64,000 bases of DNA. It comes from Moniliella sp. 'wahieum'. Taxonomy: Eukaryota. The DNA is taken from assembly GCA_003971905.1 (NCBI GenBank), contig RSEE01000093.1, forward strand, positions 1 through 64,000, given 5' to 3'. Numbering within the stretch: the first letter of the stretch is position 1; each line of letters opens with the position of its first letter. Under the pieces are notes generated by a model. The model made no database searches. It saw nothing but the letters and a program-made list of their open reading frames with translations, and was not told where the DNA came from. The position numbers and the translations under genes are program-made. Shown here one piece after another: positions 48,477 through 60,990 of this stretch.

Positions 48477-51262
48477 ATGAACGAGCCGGACCCAACGCCA
48501 GAAACGATGGAGGACACGCTGGCGTCATCGTCGTCTCTATCGTCCCTCAGTTCCTCCCCCCTTTCCGACGTACCCACCTTATGGCCCACCTCCGATCATC
48601 CTGGAGCTGCTTCCTTGGCTCGCGGCTTGCCGTCTCATGCGTCTGCAGTGCTTCCTCCGCATCCTGCCATGCCCACTTCACCATCGGATGAATTGGATAC
48701 CCGCCAGCGCCGGAAGCGCCGCAAGCGGTCCGCCGGAAAGGGCCGAGCGCTTGCTGCCCAAGCGGTTGCCTCCGGCCCAGCTCACTTGGCCTCCAGGCTG
48801 CCTTCGTCCAAACCAAAGCCAACAACTGCGCCAAAGGGGAAGAGGCCGGACCGTAGGACCCAGTCACCCTGTACCGCCGTGCCAGCTGCGACCCTACCTA
48901 GCTCGGCCGCTGCCCTTTCAGCCTCATCCAGCCGCCATCGCCCCGTAGCGGGGCCAGCTCGATCGGCCTCTCACTTCGACCAGGAATGCCGACGCCACCA
49001 CATGCTGACGTTAGCCCGCTGGCGCCTCGCCCGAGCCCAGGGCCGGCCGTGTCGTATCATGTTCCCTCCTTGCCTCTGCTCTCTCAGTTGCATGCGTCCA
49101 ACACCACCCGCACCCGAGGTTGCCGAAACATTGCTGCCACCGCACCTGCAGCCCGCCTTTCCCGCCCCCACCCGCCTCCCGCTCTCCCTCCCGTGGCCAT
49201 TTCGATGGGCGCGACCAAGGTGTACCCCGACCTGACTTCGGTCGCTGCGGCGGCCGGTTGGAGGCGCCCAATTCGATTCCATTGGTCGGACGAGCCCCTT
49301 GGCCCGCAGAAGTCCCAGGACAGAGACGCATGGCAACGATACCCCTTCCATCACCGTGTCCTCGGGCAACAAGAGCGGGGAGCGCCCCTTGCACTCCAAC
49401 TTCTTCCACTGGGGTTCCCCCGCAGGTGGACATCCAGCTCGATCGCGCGTCAACGCAAAAGGTACCTCGCTGGCTGAGCGCCTGTCGCTTGTATGGACCC
49501 CAACCTTCACAGCCCTTGCAACCGTTAGAACGGCCCCCATTCTCAGGCGTATCTGGGCGTCGTGCCAAGAGCGGAGGCAATCCTGTTTCATCCCACCCAT
49601 CTTTACACCCTTCCTTCCCACCATGGACCTGAGCCAAGCCGGACGAGGATACTGGCCCCTCCACACCCAGCGTCCGGGCTCGATCGGCAACGCAAGCACC
49701 GTCCTCTCCAGTCCCAAAGATGGGAGGAGGTAAAGGAAAGGAGCGATATGCCACGTGGTGACCATGGGTTCAGTACGGTAGCTGCCGCTTTGAATCACGT
49801 TCCTCCTCCGAAAGCAGGTACGGAGAGCGAGAATGAGGCAAGTGCGTCTCACCGGAGGAAGCGGCAGAAGCGACGATTGGATGCATGGCAAGCGCCTGCC
49901 GCTCCTTCTCATGGGACCAGTCCGTCTCACCATCGTCCCCAGTGTCGTCCCCTCTTCCCCTCAAAGAAGTCAAGGGGAAAAGGAGGCGCCGTTCACGCGT
50001 TGCATCAACTCTCAAAGAAACACCAAAGCTTGAGCAACTGCGACTGGTTCATCTGCCGGAAAAACCACTCTCTACTGCAGCTTGGACGCACGTTCTGGAT
50101 ACGGTTCCTATCAGTGAACCCTGGACAGAAAGTGGGGATGGGATCCAGAGCCCCGCATCCGCTCGACCGGCAGATTTTCGTATCCAGCAAGGAACACTTC
50201 AAGGGTTCTTCGAGTCGGCACGACCAACTGGGCGAAGCAGCTTTGGTTCTTGCTTCGGATTCAGGGCTGCTGAAAAGGTACTTTTCTTACATTGTGATTC
50301 TTACGAGCTGAGTTGAAGTTGACTTTTGTTTCTGCACAGTCTTGACAGTTTCTCTCTCGCCCCTCCAAGAGGCGACGCCTCCTCAGTTGGGGGAGCTCCC
50401 CCGCCCAGGGACCGAGAATTGGCTTTGCCTGGCGCGAACAAAGTGCGAAGCGCAATGAGCATATGGTCTCCACCTCTTGGCTCAAATGGGTAAACAGATG
50501 GAGCAAACAATTGCACCAGTTGGCGTGGGGGGTCGCGTCGCAGTCAACTGATCCTGGGTCACCATCTTCGATGGTGGAAGCGCCTGTCATTGACCTTGAC
50601 TGGGCCGTGGCTAAACCAACCTTTGGCCACATCAGATGTGCGCGATGAACCTCTTCTCCCCGCCCCCGTTACAGAGCCTGGCAAAACGCCCCATGCCACC
50701 ACCGCTTTGTCTTCCTCGCCACCCCGCGTTGCTGCTCCGTCCAAGTCAACATCAAATGGGCGGATGCGGTTCCGGATCCGTCGGACGGCTTTGGGCGGTA
50801 TTATCATTCGTTCCCACGTGCATTCCGAACCCATGCATCGTGGTTCTGCTTCTGTTGCGACACCGGGTGCTGCTCCAGAGTCCTTACCTTTCTCTCAGAA
50901 CTCGGTCCCCAACTCGGTTCCATCCGCCTCCGATCCCAGCTTACGTCCTGCTCCCCCGACATACGGCGATTCCAGCCTGTCTACTGTGCCGCGAGCGCCT
51001 CCGACTGGCGGAGTGACCTCCCTTCAGTCGAATGAAGCTTCTGCGTCGACTAGCACCACAACCACCCTCACCAATTCTTCTGTGGCCTTCCTCAATCCCA
51101 CCCAGCTCATGTTCCTTTTGCGCACACGGGGCACTATCCAAACAAGAGGTTGGGAAGCATCCCAACAGTGGCTTGAAGATCAACTCCATTGTGCAGAATG
51201 AGGCACAGCTGCTGCACAATCTGCCACACCAACTGCCCCACTGCATAGCCGGCCCAAGATGA
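48477..51262 (+). CDS. Hypothetical Ser/Pro-rich protein with basic NLS-like clusters
   Basis: Chain of plus-strand ORFs from MNEPDPTPET..SSSLSSLSSSPLSD through RQRRKRRKR and KGKRRRRSR to 51262. Intron at about 50278-50339 (GTACTT..CACAG). No family recognised. Confidence 0.5.
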
Positions 51263-51370
51263 TTGAATCGTGATATCCTGTTCTGTTATGGCGATGGGAA
51301 TCAAGGGGAACACGGGCGCCTCTGTAGACAAGACAAGGTAACTTTGACACCAAAAGCGGGTTGAATAAGG

Positions 51371-53152
51371 TTAGCGACGCCCGCCACGCTTACGGCCTTG
51401 GGAGCGCGTGCTGGCTTTGGGGGAAGGGGAAGCGGGGGTCGGTTTTGCGACCAGAGGGGCAGCCGAAATAGCTTCTCCTTTTCGTCCGCTGCCTTGGCCT
51501 GCTTGGCAGCTGCCTCCTCGGCAAGCTTGCGACGCTTCTTGGCCTCGTTGAACTCCTTGAGTTTCTTCGAGTCACCGCGATGCATCAACTGGGGAAGGAA
51601 AGCGGCCAGGGCAGTGGAAGCAATCATCAAAGCCCACGAGGGAATCAGTTCCAGTAGCCTATAATAGTATTTGCCCAAAAACGAGGCGAACTTGAGCATG
51701 CGTGGGAACTTTTCGCCACCCGGTGCCCATGGGCTCTCCCATACGGGCAGCATCTTCCACTCTCCCGAACCCAAAAAGTCAATCGCCTCGTTCACGGTCG
51801 GCAACTTCTGCGCCACCTTCCAGTAACGCAGGTCAAATGGCCTCTCCGATCCGGGCGGCGTGGGCGTAACAAAGACGACCATCGGTACCTTCCAGATGCC
51901 CCAAAGCCATTCCACCACGGGGTGGCGAACGTATTCGGCATACCCAAACCGGAGCCCATCAGCCTCGACCTGGGGCAGGTTGGCTTCGACCAGCGCTTGG
52001 CGCACACCCCATTGTGACGCGGTCAAAATTTCCTTGCCCGTCAACTCAGTCTCGGCTTGGGCGTTCATGTCGTCTTCCGACACGTCCGACGGCGCGCTAC
52101 CCCCGCCGCCCAGCAGCTCGCCCACCTTGGGCAGGACTGCGCCAAAAAAGCTTTTGCGTCCAGGCTTGCCAATCACAGGCGCGGCTGTTGGCTCGGCGAC
52201 GCGAATGGTAAAGCCACCGACCACCTCGAACCCCTCTGGAAGACTGGGTGTGGCAGCCGCGCTGGCCTTGGCCACCTCGGCCACCTTGGTGAAATCGGGT
52301 TGGTCGGCGCCCTTGATGGTTGGCTGTATCCAGTGGAAGGGTCCGGCCAAAAGGCGTGAAGGGTGCGGTTGAAAATGAGGTCAAACTTTTGGGATTCCTT
52401 GTCGGATGCCGAGGCGGAGCTGTAACAAGATGGGGGGAGGGTAAGCAGGGTAAGCACGCGGACGAAGCAGACCACAAGGGCAGTCGAACGTACAAGAGAA
52501 TAACCCAGGGCTCCGATACTGGCCGAGAGGGAGTACCAATCACCGAGTCAACCATGCCCGCCAGGACGGCGTCTTGGTCGAGAATGGCAGTGTGCGAGTA
52601 CCCCAAGAGGTCGAGAAAGCCAGCGTAACTGTGATTCGTGCCAGCAAATTTCTCCACGCGCGGGTGAAACGTGGGGTTGGTCTTGGCCCGCATCTGGTCC
52701 TGCGTTTCGTCCACGCGCTCATCCGACCACCGGAGCACCTTGGTCAGGCCAAACTGAAACCGAAACAGAATGCAGGTCAGCAATCAGCAATCAGCAATCC
52801 AGCACGTGCATCCGGCGGGAGAGAAGGAAAATGGGGGCGGAAAAGCACAACGTACGCGAATCAGGCTCTCGGTGATGGTTTGGTTGCGAGGTGCGCGCGG
52901 AGGCTTGGGCGTGGCAGGCAGGGGGCAGCCGTGCTGTCGGGGCAGGTGCGGATGGCTTGGAGGGCCGCTTGATGCCGTGGGGGACCCCAGCGTCGCGGCG
53001 ATAGTTGCTTCCGACTCGGGCTCGCCCTCGTGCTTGGAGGGGAGGCCGGGCTGCCAGCCGCGGTGGATGTACTGGGCAAAGACGTGGGGGACGAGGAGGA
53101 CGCCCACCAAGGCGAGCAGCACAAGGCGGAGGATGCGCTGGGTGAACGCCAT
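51371..53152 (-). CDS. Secretory-pathway membrane protein with a probable redox-inactive thioredoxin-like fold (TMX-like)
   Basis: Signal peptide MAFTQRILRLVLLALVGVLLVPHVFA; EPWVILLY; FGYAEY..WGIWKVPMVVFVTP..DLRYW; W..LPVWESPWAPGG; C-terminal TM (IPSWALMIASTALAAFL) and basic tail. Introns at about 52760-52855 and 52420-52493. Confidence 0.6.
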
Positions 53153-53451
53153 GGCGGGATGGAAGAAGGAAGAAGGAAGGGCGCGCGAAGGCGGGGAGGG
53201 GGGGGGGCAGGCGGCGTGGGCGGAGGAAGAGGAGATAAAAGTGGATGCAATCTCTGCGTCGCAGCGCATGAGACATGCCCACGTGGTCTGCACGCGCACT
53301 GGCGCACTGGGAGGCACGCCGTGTTTCGATTTCAATCCTGCGTGTTCTATCTCTGCCCTCTGGGAGTGTGGACGCACTGGAGGGGCGGAACGAACCACGC
53401 GTGGGCCTGGGCACCCGCGACTCAGTCCCACCAACCAGCGCCTGGCAAATA

Positions 53452-53506
53452 CACTGGCACTGGCACTAGCACTAGCACCAGCACTAGCACCAGCTAGCAC
53501 TAGCAC
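53452..53506. repeat. Hexamer microsatellite (CACTRG/CACCAG)n
   Basis: cactgg cactgg cactag cactag caccag cactag caccag ctag cactag cac. Confidence 0.9.
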
Positions 53507-54545
53507 ATTGTAACCGCTCCCCTTGGCCGCACACGCACAGCGGCCCCGTGCCGCGCCCGCCCTCCCAGACAGCGCGCGTGCCCGCCACTCGCCTCGTCCG
53601 AGTCACCCACTGATTCTCCTCCGCCTCACCGATGGATCGGTCCATCCAGCGTCCGGGAACTGCTTCCCCGTTCTGGCCTCAAAACCATGCGTTCCGCGTC
53701 CCCCCGTCAAACTCACCCCAACTCGTCTAGGAACGCCAGGCGCCCGTGTGGCCTTGGCAGGTCGCGTGGTCGCCGCCAGGTTCCTCGTCCGCGTGCCAGC
53801 ACGCCAGCACGTCAGCCCGTCAGATCAGTATCATATATCAGTCCCCAAATTCCAAACGTCCATCTGTCGACAGCGCTTCTGCTCTGCCCTGCGACCCCCC
53901 TTCCACAGAAAACAAAATTATCTGTACCTGCGCCGCTCCTCCCGTAGGCCTCCAACGTCCAACCCCACCCTCCCCAGGCGGTTCAAGACCATTGGTGGGT
54001 GACGATCATCGGCCGGTGCCTCGCACGAATGCGGGTGGCGGTGCTGGCCTGGCCAGTCTTCTGCGCCGTTCCACCGTATCCGACGCCGCCCACGTGGTCC
54101 ATCTGCGCATGGCCAGTGGATTGGGGGTGGACGAGGCGGGGGCAGATAAGGGCCTAAGGCCCAGGGGGAACTATGTGGGCATGCGGTGCAAGCTTGCTTG
54201 CAACGAGGGCCATTGAACCAATCCCAACCAGATGCGCTAGCAAAACCCAGGACAGAACAACACGACCCCCAAAGCAACCTGCGTTACGTCAGCACACTCG
54301 ACTCGGCGTGCTGAAAGAAACGGGAGGAAGCAGGACTGAAGTTTGAACGTTGAAATGCAGCTGGGGGGGAGTACATACAGGCCTTAGCAGCTCTATTTCG
54401 TCGATCGTAGAGCTTAGCTTCGATCGCAGAACTTATCTAGCGCAGTTGCAAATTAGTTTTCATCCCGAAGGGAAGGGAGCCGTGGTTGTTCATCGACTTG
54501 GTCTCGGCTTCGTTTTCTCAGACTTCCGCAAAAGCGACCCAAAAG

Positions 54546-54640
54546 TGACTTCGCCCGGGATCGAACCGAGGACCTTATCCGTTAACTTGGGCACTAGGCC
54601 AGTGTTAAGGATACGTGATAACCAACTACACCACGATGCC
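54546..54640 (-). tRNA. tRNA-Val(AAC) with 21-nt intron
   Basis: GGCATCG-TGGTGTAGTTGGTTATCAC-G-TATCC-TT-AAC-A[intron 54582-54602]C-GGATA-AGGTC-CTCGG-TTCGATC-CCGGG-CGAAGTC-A. A and B boxes intact; TTTT terminator at 54541-54544; anticodon at 54604-54606. Confidence 0.95.
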
Positions 54641-54937
54641 ATATGGTCACTATGTTCATGACCACTTTAAACGGTATATGGTCTGACGGAGCCCCGGAGT
54701 CAACATTCAACGTGCAACGTCGACAGGCATCAGGTTCTTCTCTGCTGCACGACCGGCATGCCTGGTTGTACTACGGCGTTCCTACACACACTACCTAGGT
54801 CCGGGCGCATGCGAATGGACATCATTGATGGATATGGAGTGGATAGTCAACGGTACAAGTGCACAAGCCGAGGTCAACGGTAAAGAGGTCGTAAACAAGC
54901 CAGCAGAAGACACCCAACCGGGAGCGGTCGCAACCCG

Positions 54938-57900
54938 CTACGCGCGGTGGGGAGGGGGGGGAGATGAGTAGGTAGACGGCACGCCAATTGCAGCAACACT
55001 GTTGCCGTACGAAAGATGAGATGGGCGCCTTCCGCATCGGCGCCCACGGTCCGCACCGACCCAAACGCCAGCCGCTCTTCGTCCCCGTACCCGCCGCCGC
55101 CGCCGAGCGCAATGGACTGGGCAGCGGCCGCGCGCTGCGGCGTGGGTCCCGAGCTGAGCGCGGCCGTGTCGGCCAGAGATCGACCGCAAACACTTGCCAC
55201 CGTGTGCCGAGGTGGGCGTTTTGCCGACGGGCCTGGGTGAGCAGCAGCGGCGTGGTGCATCGTTTGTCGCCGCACACCGACCACGTACCGACCCACGCCA
55301 TCCGCCGCACCGCGCACACAGCCGGTCGAACCGCCATGCGCACCGGTTCTTCCCGCACCACCACGTCACGCCGCGGTGTGCTGGGCGGGCTGTCGGGATC
55401 AGCGGCATCGGCAGTGCTAGCACCAGCAGCCGACCCTTCGCCCCCGGGCGCCGACGGACCGGCGCATCCTCTTTGCCTCCTCGCCACGGTGCCCGCTGGG
55501 ATCGGGGGCGCCCTCGAGGCTCAGGCCCAGGCCCATACCCACATTGGCCATGTGCGCCGCAGGCAAGTGAGACGCACCATTTCCCGTCCCGGCGGGCGGC
55601 ACGATGCTGGTCGAGTGGGCGCGCATGGCGCGGGTCGAGTTGGCTCGCTCCCGCGTCGAGTTGGCCCGACGCGACCGAGCGCCATGCATCGAGATGGGGT
55701 ACCCGCCCGAACTGCCGGCATCGGACGAGGCCGCACCGGAGCCAGCCGACGCTGCGCCCGGCCCTGCGCCTGGCCCGGACAGGCCATTGCCAGGTGCGCC
55801 CGAGGGAGAAGACGCATGGGTAATCGTAAGGTGATCGTCTGTCCGTGGTGTGGTGATCTGGTTGGGACCGTCGCCGGGCCATCGCCCATCGACGGCCCAG
55901 TTGGTTGGACCACTAAGATCCTCCGTGTCGCGTTCGCCGCGACGCACCAGACCAGCATGAGTTCCATATTTGGCGTTGGCCGGGCCAAAGAGCGAAGCGA
56001 GATGAGCAGCCTTGGACAGTGAGCCATTCGGCGTCGATCCCGATGCGCCATTCATCGCGCCCATCCGCTCTTCCGACATCAAATCGCCGGCCGAAGCGAC
56101 GAGGCTGGTACTGCTGCCACTGCCCATGCTGGCGCCGGGTAGATGTGAGGTTGACTGTGGGACGCAGTGCGCGCAGCCGAGTTGGGGACGAGTCGAGGAC
56201 CAAATCGGGGTACACTTTGGCAAACCAAACGTGCGACTTGGTCAACAGACCTGCCAGAACAAAGGGAGGAGGTGGCGCCGGGCTGGCGCCCCAGCTGAGT
56301 GTCGTGGGCGGCTGCAGCGCCATCGTAGGCGGCAGCATAATGCGCTGCACCGGTCCGTCACCAATCTCGAGCACTTGTACCATTTGCCGGCCCCGCAAAT
56401 CGTACACCAACACGCGACCCGTGTTGGTGCCAAGCAGGGCCAGCGACGAATCGGTCAACTGGCCTGAAATGCTGGGTGGCGGCGGTGGATCGGTGCCGGG
56501 AGTGGTGGCGAGCTTGGGTCCAGAGCCGTCCCGGGGGGGGCGAGAGCGCTCACAAAGTCGCTCCCCTCTGGGGCGCTGGGTGGCTCTTGGGTCCGCGCGC
56601 AATCAGAGCTGTGGCCCGGACAATGTGGCCAACACTGAGCTGGAGCTTGGCCAGCTCCGTCCAACGGTTCAAACGGGCTTCGTGCAGCCAAATGGAGACT
56701 CTGGCATGAGAAGAAGCCAAGCCAAGCAGTTGCACGTCCTCCTCCTCCCCCACCCAGCTGGATGAGGTACGGGTGCCAGAAGCAGGCGCAGGTAACGCGG
56801 CCAAAGCATGTTAAACGCAGTCCAACGGTCAAGAGGCTCCGGTTTTCGGATCAAACGCGGCTGTTTGTCCAGCGTGGTCTCGTAGATTGCCCCGTCAGCA
56901 AAGACAACAACGTTGGCCGAGGCATGGATGTGGGTGCGAGAAAGAGGCACCTTGCCAATCGCTTGGAAATAACGTTTGCGCACTGTGCCCAAATATACAA
57001 TCGAGGGAGACCCACCCGGTTGACCTGCACCCCAACCTGGGGGGCAGTGCTGCACAAGCAGCAATGGAAACCACATGCAGGACGCCATAGCGGGTGCCAA
57101 GAAGTACGAGTTGACGTTCGGCATCCACCGACAGGGCGGTCACGCTATCGCCATCCTCTTTGATGCGGGCACCGACCTGCGTCGATAATTTGCGCCAACT
57201 TGCAATGTCGGCAGCCGTGCCAATCGGGTCCGAGTCAGAGTCACTGTCCGTGTCGAGGGGGTAGGGTGGTAGTTCGAAGGGGCCATGGAAACGTTGCCTA
57301 AAATGTCCAGTGCCACCACAAACCCGGCTGCTTCGGCAAACATGACAATGTCGGCTGGCGTCGCATTGGGAAGAATACGAGCATCGAGGGATGAAGACGT
57401 CATCCATGCCCACTGAATCTGCCACCGCTTCGGTACCAGAGCCAACATGCGAGTCGCCGGCGCTGCCAGTCGTCGGTGTTATCCCCAGATTGGCTCAACG
57501 CATGGCGAACTCGAGCCCGGGTGATCGATTTGCGACCTGAAGCGAGCACCGGTGTGAAGGGCGATGCGTCTGGTCCCGACGGAGCAGGCGAAGAACGGTC
57601 GCTGGCACCAAGGACCAGCGCGCTACTGGCCTCCGTCCCGGGTAGGCGATCCCGTTGGGCCTCAAGCAATTCGGTGTCTTTCAGCAGGTACAAAAGCAGA
57701 AGCCAAAGAGCACTGATCGTTACCGCCATGGGCACCACAACATGGTTCATGAGCCATATTGCCTTCTTGATCCGAGACCGAGGATGAGAGTGAGCACCGC
57801 GGCGGGAATTGCGGCGCTTCGATGAGCTGGACGAAGATCGCCGAGAACGCAACGAGAGTACACTCCAAGGTTCAATCAAAATAGGAACTTGAGGGGCGCC

Positions 57901-60436
57901 CTGTGGGTTGAGTGCATGCCATAGAGACCCTGATGGAGTGTGGTCCGGGGTCGTAATGGGTGTGGGGGAATGAGGATCACGGGCGAAACAAAATCGACTC
58001 CGTCGCGGGAATCAGTATGGTGGGCCGAAAGGGGCCATGAGAGTGTGTGCTCCGGTGTGCTCGGAGAAAGGTCGGGGGAGGAACTGAGAAACAAAATGAT
58101 GAGAAGAAGAAGCACAAGCTCGCTGCACGGGATTTTCCGACAGCGTACAAATGCTGTCCCTTCAAGCCAAAGTGGAATCCTCGCTTGGAGGCAGCCGAAG
58201 TGGGGTTGGAAGGAAGAGTGGAAGAGGAGGCTAAGTTGGTCGCGCTAGGCTTACCAGCCAAGTCAGACTTTGCCCGTTTGCGCTGGCCCGATGGGGTGGG
58301 CCCTGTCGAAGCGCTTTGAGGCAGAGCAGGATCGTCGAGTTTGCCCCCTTGGGTAAGCATGTCGGCCAACTGGACGCAAGTCAGAATCTAGACAGAAAAC
58401 AAGAAAAGAGAGCCAACGTACGTCGAGCCGCTGCATGTCAATGCTGACCACAGTGGCGATGAAAACGACTTGCATGAAAAAGTCCGAAACAAAGACGGCC
58501 ATGCTCAAAATCGCCCACTGCTTCGCCGCAGGGAAGGGAGCAAAGAGGGCAATGCAAGTGGCCAGTGCCACATCTAACAGCACCGTCACCGCCAAAGGAG
58601 GACCGATTTGAGCGAGCCCATGAGCAACCCGGCGCTGGACAGGCCAATAGACTGGGGTGTTCACCAAGGCGTCTAGCAGGAGGAACAAGTTTTCCGATCC
58701 TACCAAAAGAACGCCTAGGGGGATCGCAGGCCAAGCAGGTGGGGGAAGAGGCACGCCCACCAACGCACACACCGAGGTGGTGGTCACCAACACTACAGCT
58801 GTCGAGATGCAAGCAGTAATGAAGAGACCCCATCGCGAGTGGACTCTGTCCAACTGGCTGAAGCGTCGCAAGATAAACCCGATAACGCCCACATACGCCA
58901 GTGAGAGAACGACCCGGACGCCGAGTGACGAAGAAGGACGCGCAGCTGCACCATCCAGCTCTTCCCCTTCGTCATCCTCTATGGAAGACCAGGAAAGAGA
59001 GGGTGCCCGTCCATCGTGACTACCGGGACCGGAGTAGGTCAAGACCCGCTCGATAACGTCCCCTTGACCGGCAGGGGGAGTGAGGAAACGAACCTGTCCG
59101 CCCGTAACATTGTGGAGCAAACGCTGGAAGGACTGGTGAGTGCCCGAAGGAGCACTGTGGTCTTGGAAGAAGAAAGTCAAAACCAGATAGTCGGCGGCGG
59201 CAGCAGAACCAGCACCAGAGTTTATGCTCGCGCCTGATTTGCCAAGCGGAGGCAGACCAAAACGGGCCCCCAAGGTGGTGAGGACCGATAAAGGCAAGCC
59301 TTGACCAGTAGCACCCGAGGCTACAATTACATTGTGGTCGGACCAGTGGCCAGCAGCATGAGCGAGAGTCATTCCGGGAGTTGTGTCGGCCGCAACAAGC
59401 GAAGGGTCCAGGCGCCAAAAGTCGAGGGGGGACAAGACGAGGCACCCCTGCGCACCACTTTCGGGCGTTTGGATGGCCGATGGGTCGGATGGAGGGGCGC
59501 GAAGGCACTGCAAGTCTGGGTCGGTCGAGGTGGTCAAGAGATGTTCGATCCTTCGTTGAAGGCGCAGGGCAGATTGTAAAATGGATGGCTGCAGCATGCC
59601 GCTGGCGGACGAGGCAGCATCGTCAGTGGTGAGGAACAGTTGTTGAACGCGGACCCCGGGGATGGCAAACTCGAGGGGGGCGGAGGACGCGGAATCGGGG
59701 GATATTGGCGGGGGGGAGAGGTGGAGCCCGCGGCTAGCCTCAAGGACAAGGCGTGTGTCGGCCAATGGTGCCAGTGTGGCTTGATCGCTGGGCGCAAATG
59801 CCGCTAGCTGCTCCACCGAGAGCGGCGGGAGGGGTACGGGGGGAGCGGGGGCCCCAAGCCGGCGCTGGAAGAAGGCGTGACCAACGCAACGGCGAGGTAC
59901 AGGAGGGAAAAGATGACGTGGGCACAGAGGATGATGGTGCGGATCTGGTGCTGTGCCACGTATCGTCCGACCTGGGAGAAGGCGTGTGGGAGCGCGGCGT
60001 ACGCCTGGGAGGCACGGGCGAGGATGCGGGACGGGAGAGGGGCGGTGGGCCTGAGCGGAGGCAGATTGGACAGGTGGAGGCCGCCGCGCCTGGGCGCGCT
60101 GGAGCCCGCGGCGGCGGCGGCGGCGGCAGGCCGGGGCCGGGGCCGGAGCGGAGGGAGGCAGAGCGGCCGATGGAGGAGGCGTATGCAGCGGTGGGCGTGG
60201 GGGAGGGTGCGGGGGCGGGGACGATGGCCATGCCGATGCCGGCGCCGACGCCGGGGGCAAAGGTGGGGAGGGCGTGGGGCGGCGCGGCGGCGGCGGAGAG
60301 GCGCGGCTGCGGGAGCGGAGGCGGGTGGTGGGGGCGGGCTGGAGGCGCCGAGGTCGGCATCCACGCGCTCGTACGGGCGGCTGTAGGGCGGGAGGGGGCG
60401 CACCTCGGGGGGCGCGACGCGCTGCGGGATAATCAT
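54938..60436 (-). CDS. SCP1: SREBP cleavage-activating protein (sterol-sensing domain plus C-terminal WD40 region)
   Basis: TM1 (AFSQVGRYVAQHQIRTIILC), loop CLVLSPLDFW, SSD (VHSRWGLFITAC..LLVGSENLFLL..PVQRRVAHGLAQIGP..DFFMQVVFIATVVSIDMQRL), WD-like strands (SLALLGTNTGRVLVYDL; SVTALSVD..LVLLGTRYG). Intron 58370-58421; many frameshifts. Confidence 0.9.
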
Positions 60437-60610
60437 GGCTGTGTTGCCGGATGCCCGATGTGCGCCCAGCCGAGCGGTGGTGGTCGCCAGAAGAGACGCC
60501 GGCCTCCGCCGCCCGCTGCTCCGTGCCCGCCAGTTCCGCCGTCCCACCCGCACCATTCTCACGCCCATTCCGCCAGAGGGGTGGTTTGAAGCTTGATAAG
60601 CGCTCGCCTA

Positions 60611-60753
60611 TCACATGTCGCACACCACACATCACACGTCACACATCACACATCACACATCACAGCCAGTCTGGTTCCCTGTCGGTGGTCACGTGTTGCT
60701 CCGGCGTCATATCGGCCGGTGGGGCTGCAACCGGCAACCGGCAACCGGCAACC
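60611..60753. repeat. 7-bp phased arrays in the SCAP/kinase divergent promoter
   Basis: TCA at 60611, 60632, 60639, 60646, 60653 and 60660 (all in one 7-bp phase); (CAACCGG)3 at 60728-60748. Confidence 0.85.
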
Positions 60754-60990
60754 CCCCCCAGCCGAAGCCTGTTGGATGTCGTCGCGGCCAGGGAGAGGCC
60801 GGGCGGGTGGGGAACCCCCCGCGTTGGGCTCCGTTGCGGAGCCTTTTGGGCGAGTGCTTGCGGGTCGCTTGTGTTACCGCCGCTGTGTCTCGAGTTGTTT
60901 GGCTTGCTGGGGTTGCTCCCTCTGCATCCGGTGGGGCAGCTCACCATCTTTGCCTCCTCTCCCTCCCCCTCTTCTCTCCCATCCCTCACC

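Noticed and set aside
43180..50031. Peptide echo LHHLSKKQQS (about 43180-43210, minus) versus LHQLSKKHQS (about 50000-50030, plus) suggesting paralogs
   Set aside because: The second appears to be off-frame, since the alternative frame is more protein-like, and no similarity extends beyond 10 residues.
27580..51262. Mating-type locus (homeodomain pair, pheromone or receptor) among the orphan genes
   Set aside because: No WFxNxR homeodomain, STE3-like seven-TM protein or convincing CAAX pheromone precursor was found.
60055..60080. CPIC in a SCAP 5' reading frame as a RING finger
   Set aside because: It is an isolated CxxC in a probable off-frame GC-rich stretch, and the remaining RING ligands are absent.
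750..60589. Many long antisense or overlapping ORFs (e.g. 12553-13179, 36970-37665, 42900-43985, 54988-56022)
   Set aside because: These are shadows of GC-rich, codon-biased genes on the other strand, with no recognisable domains.
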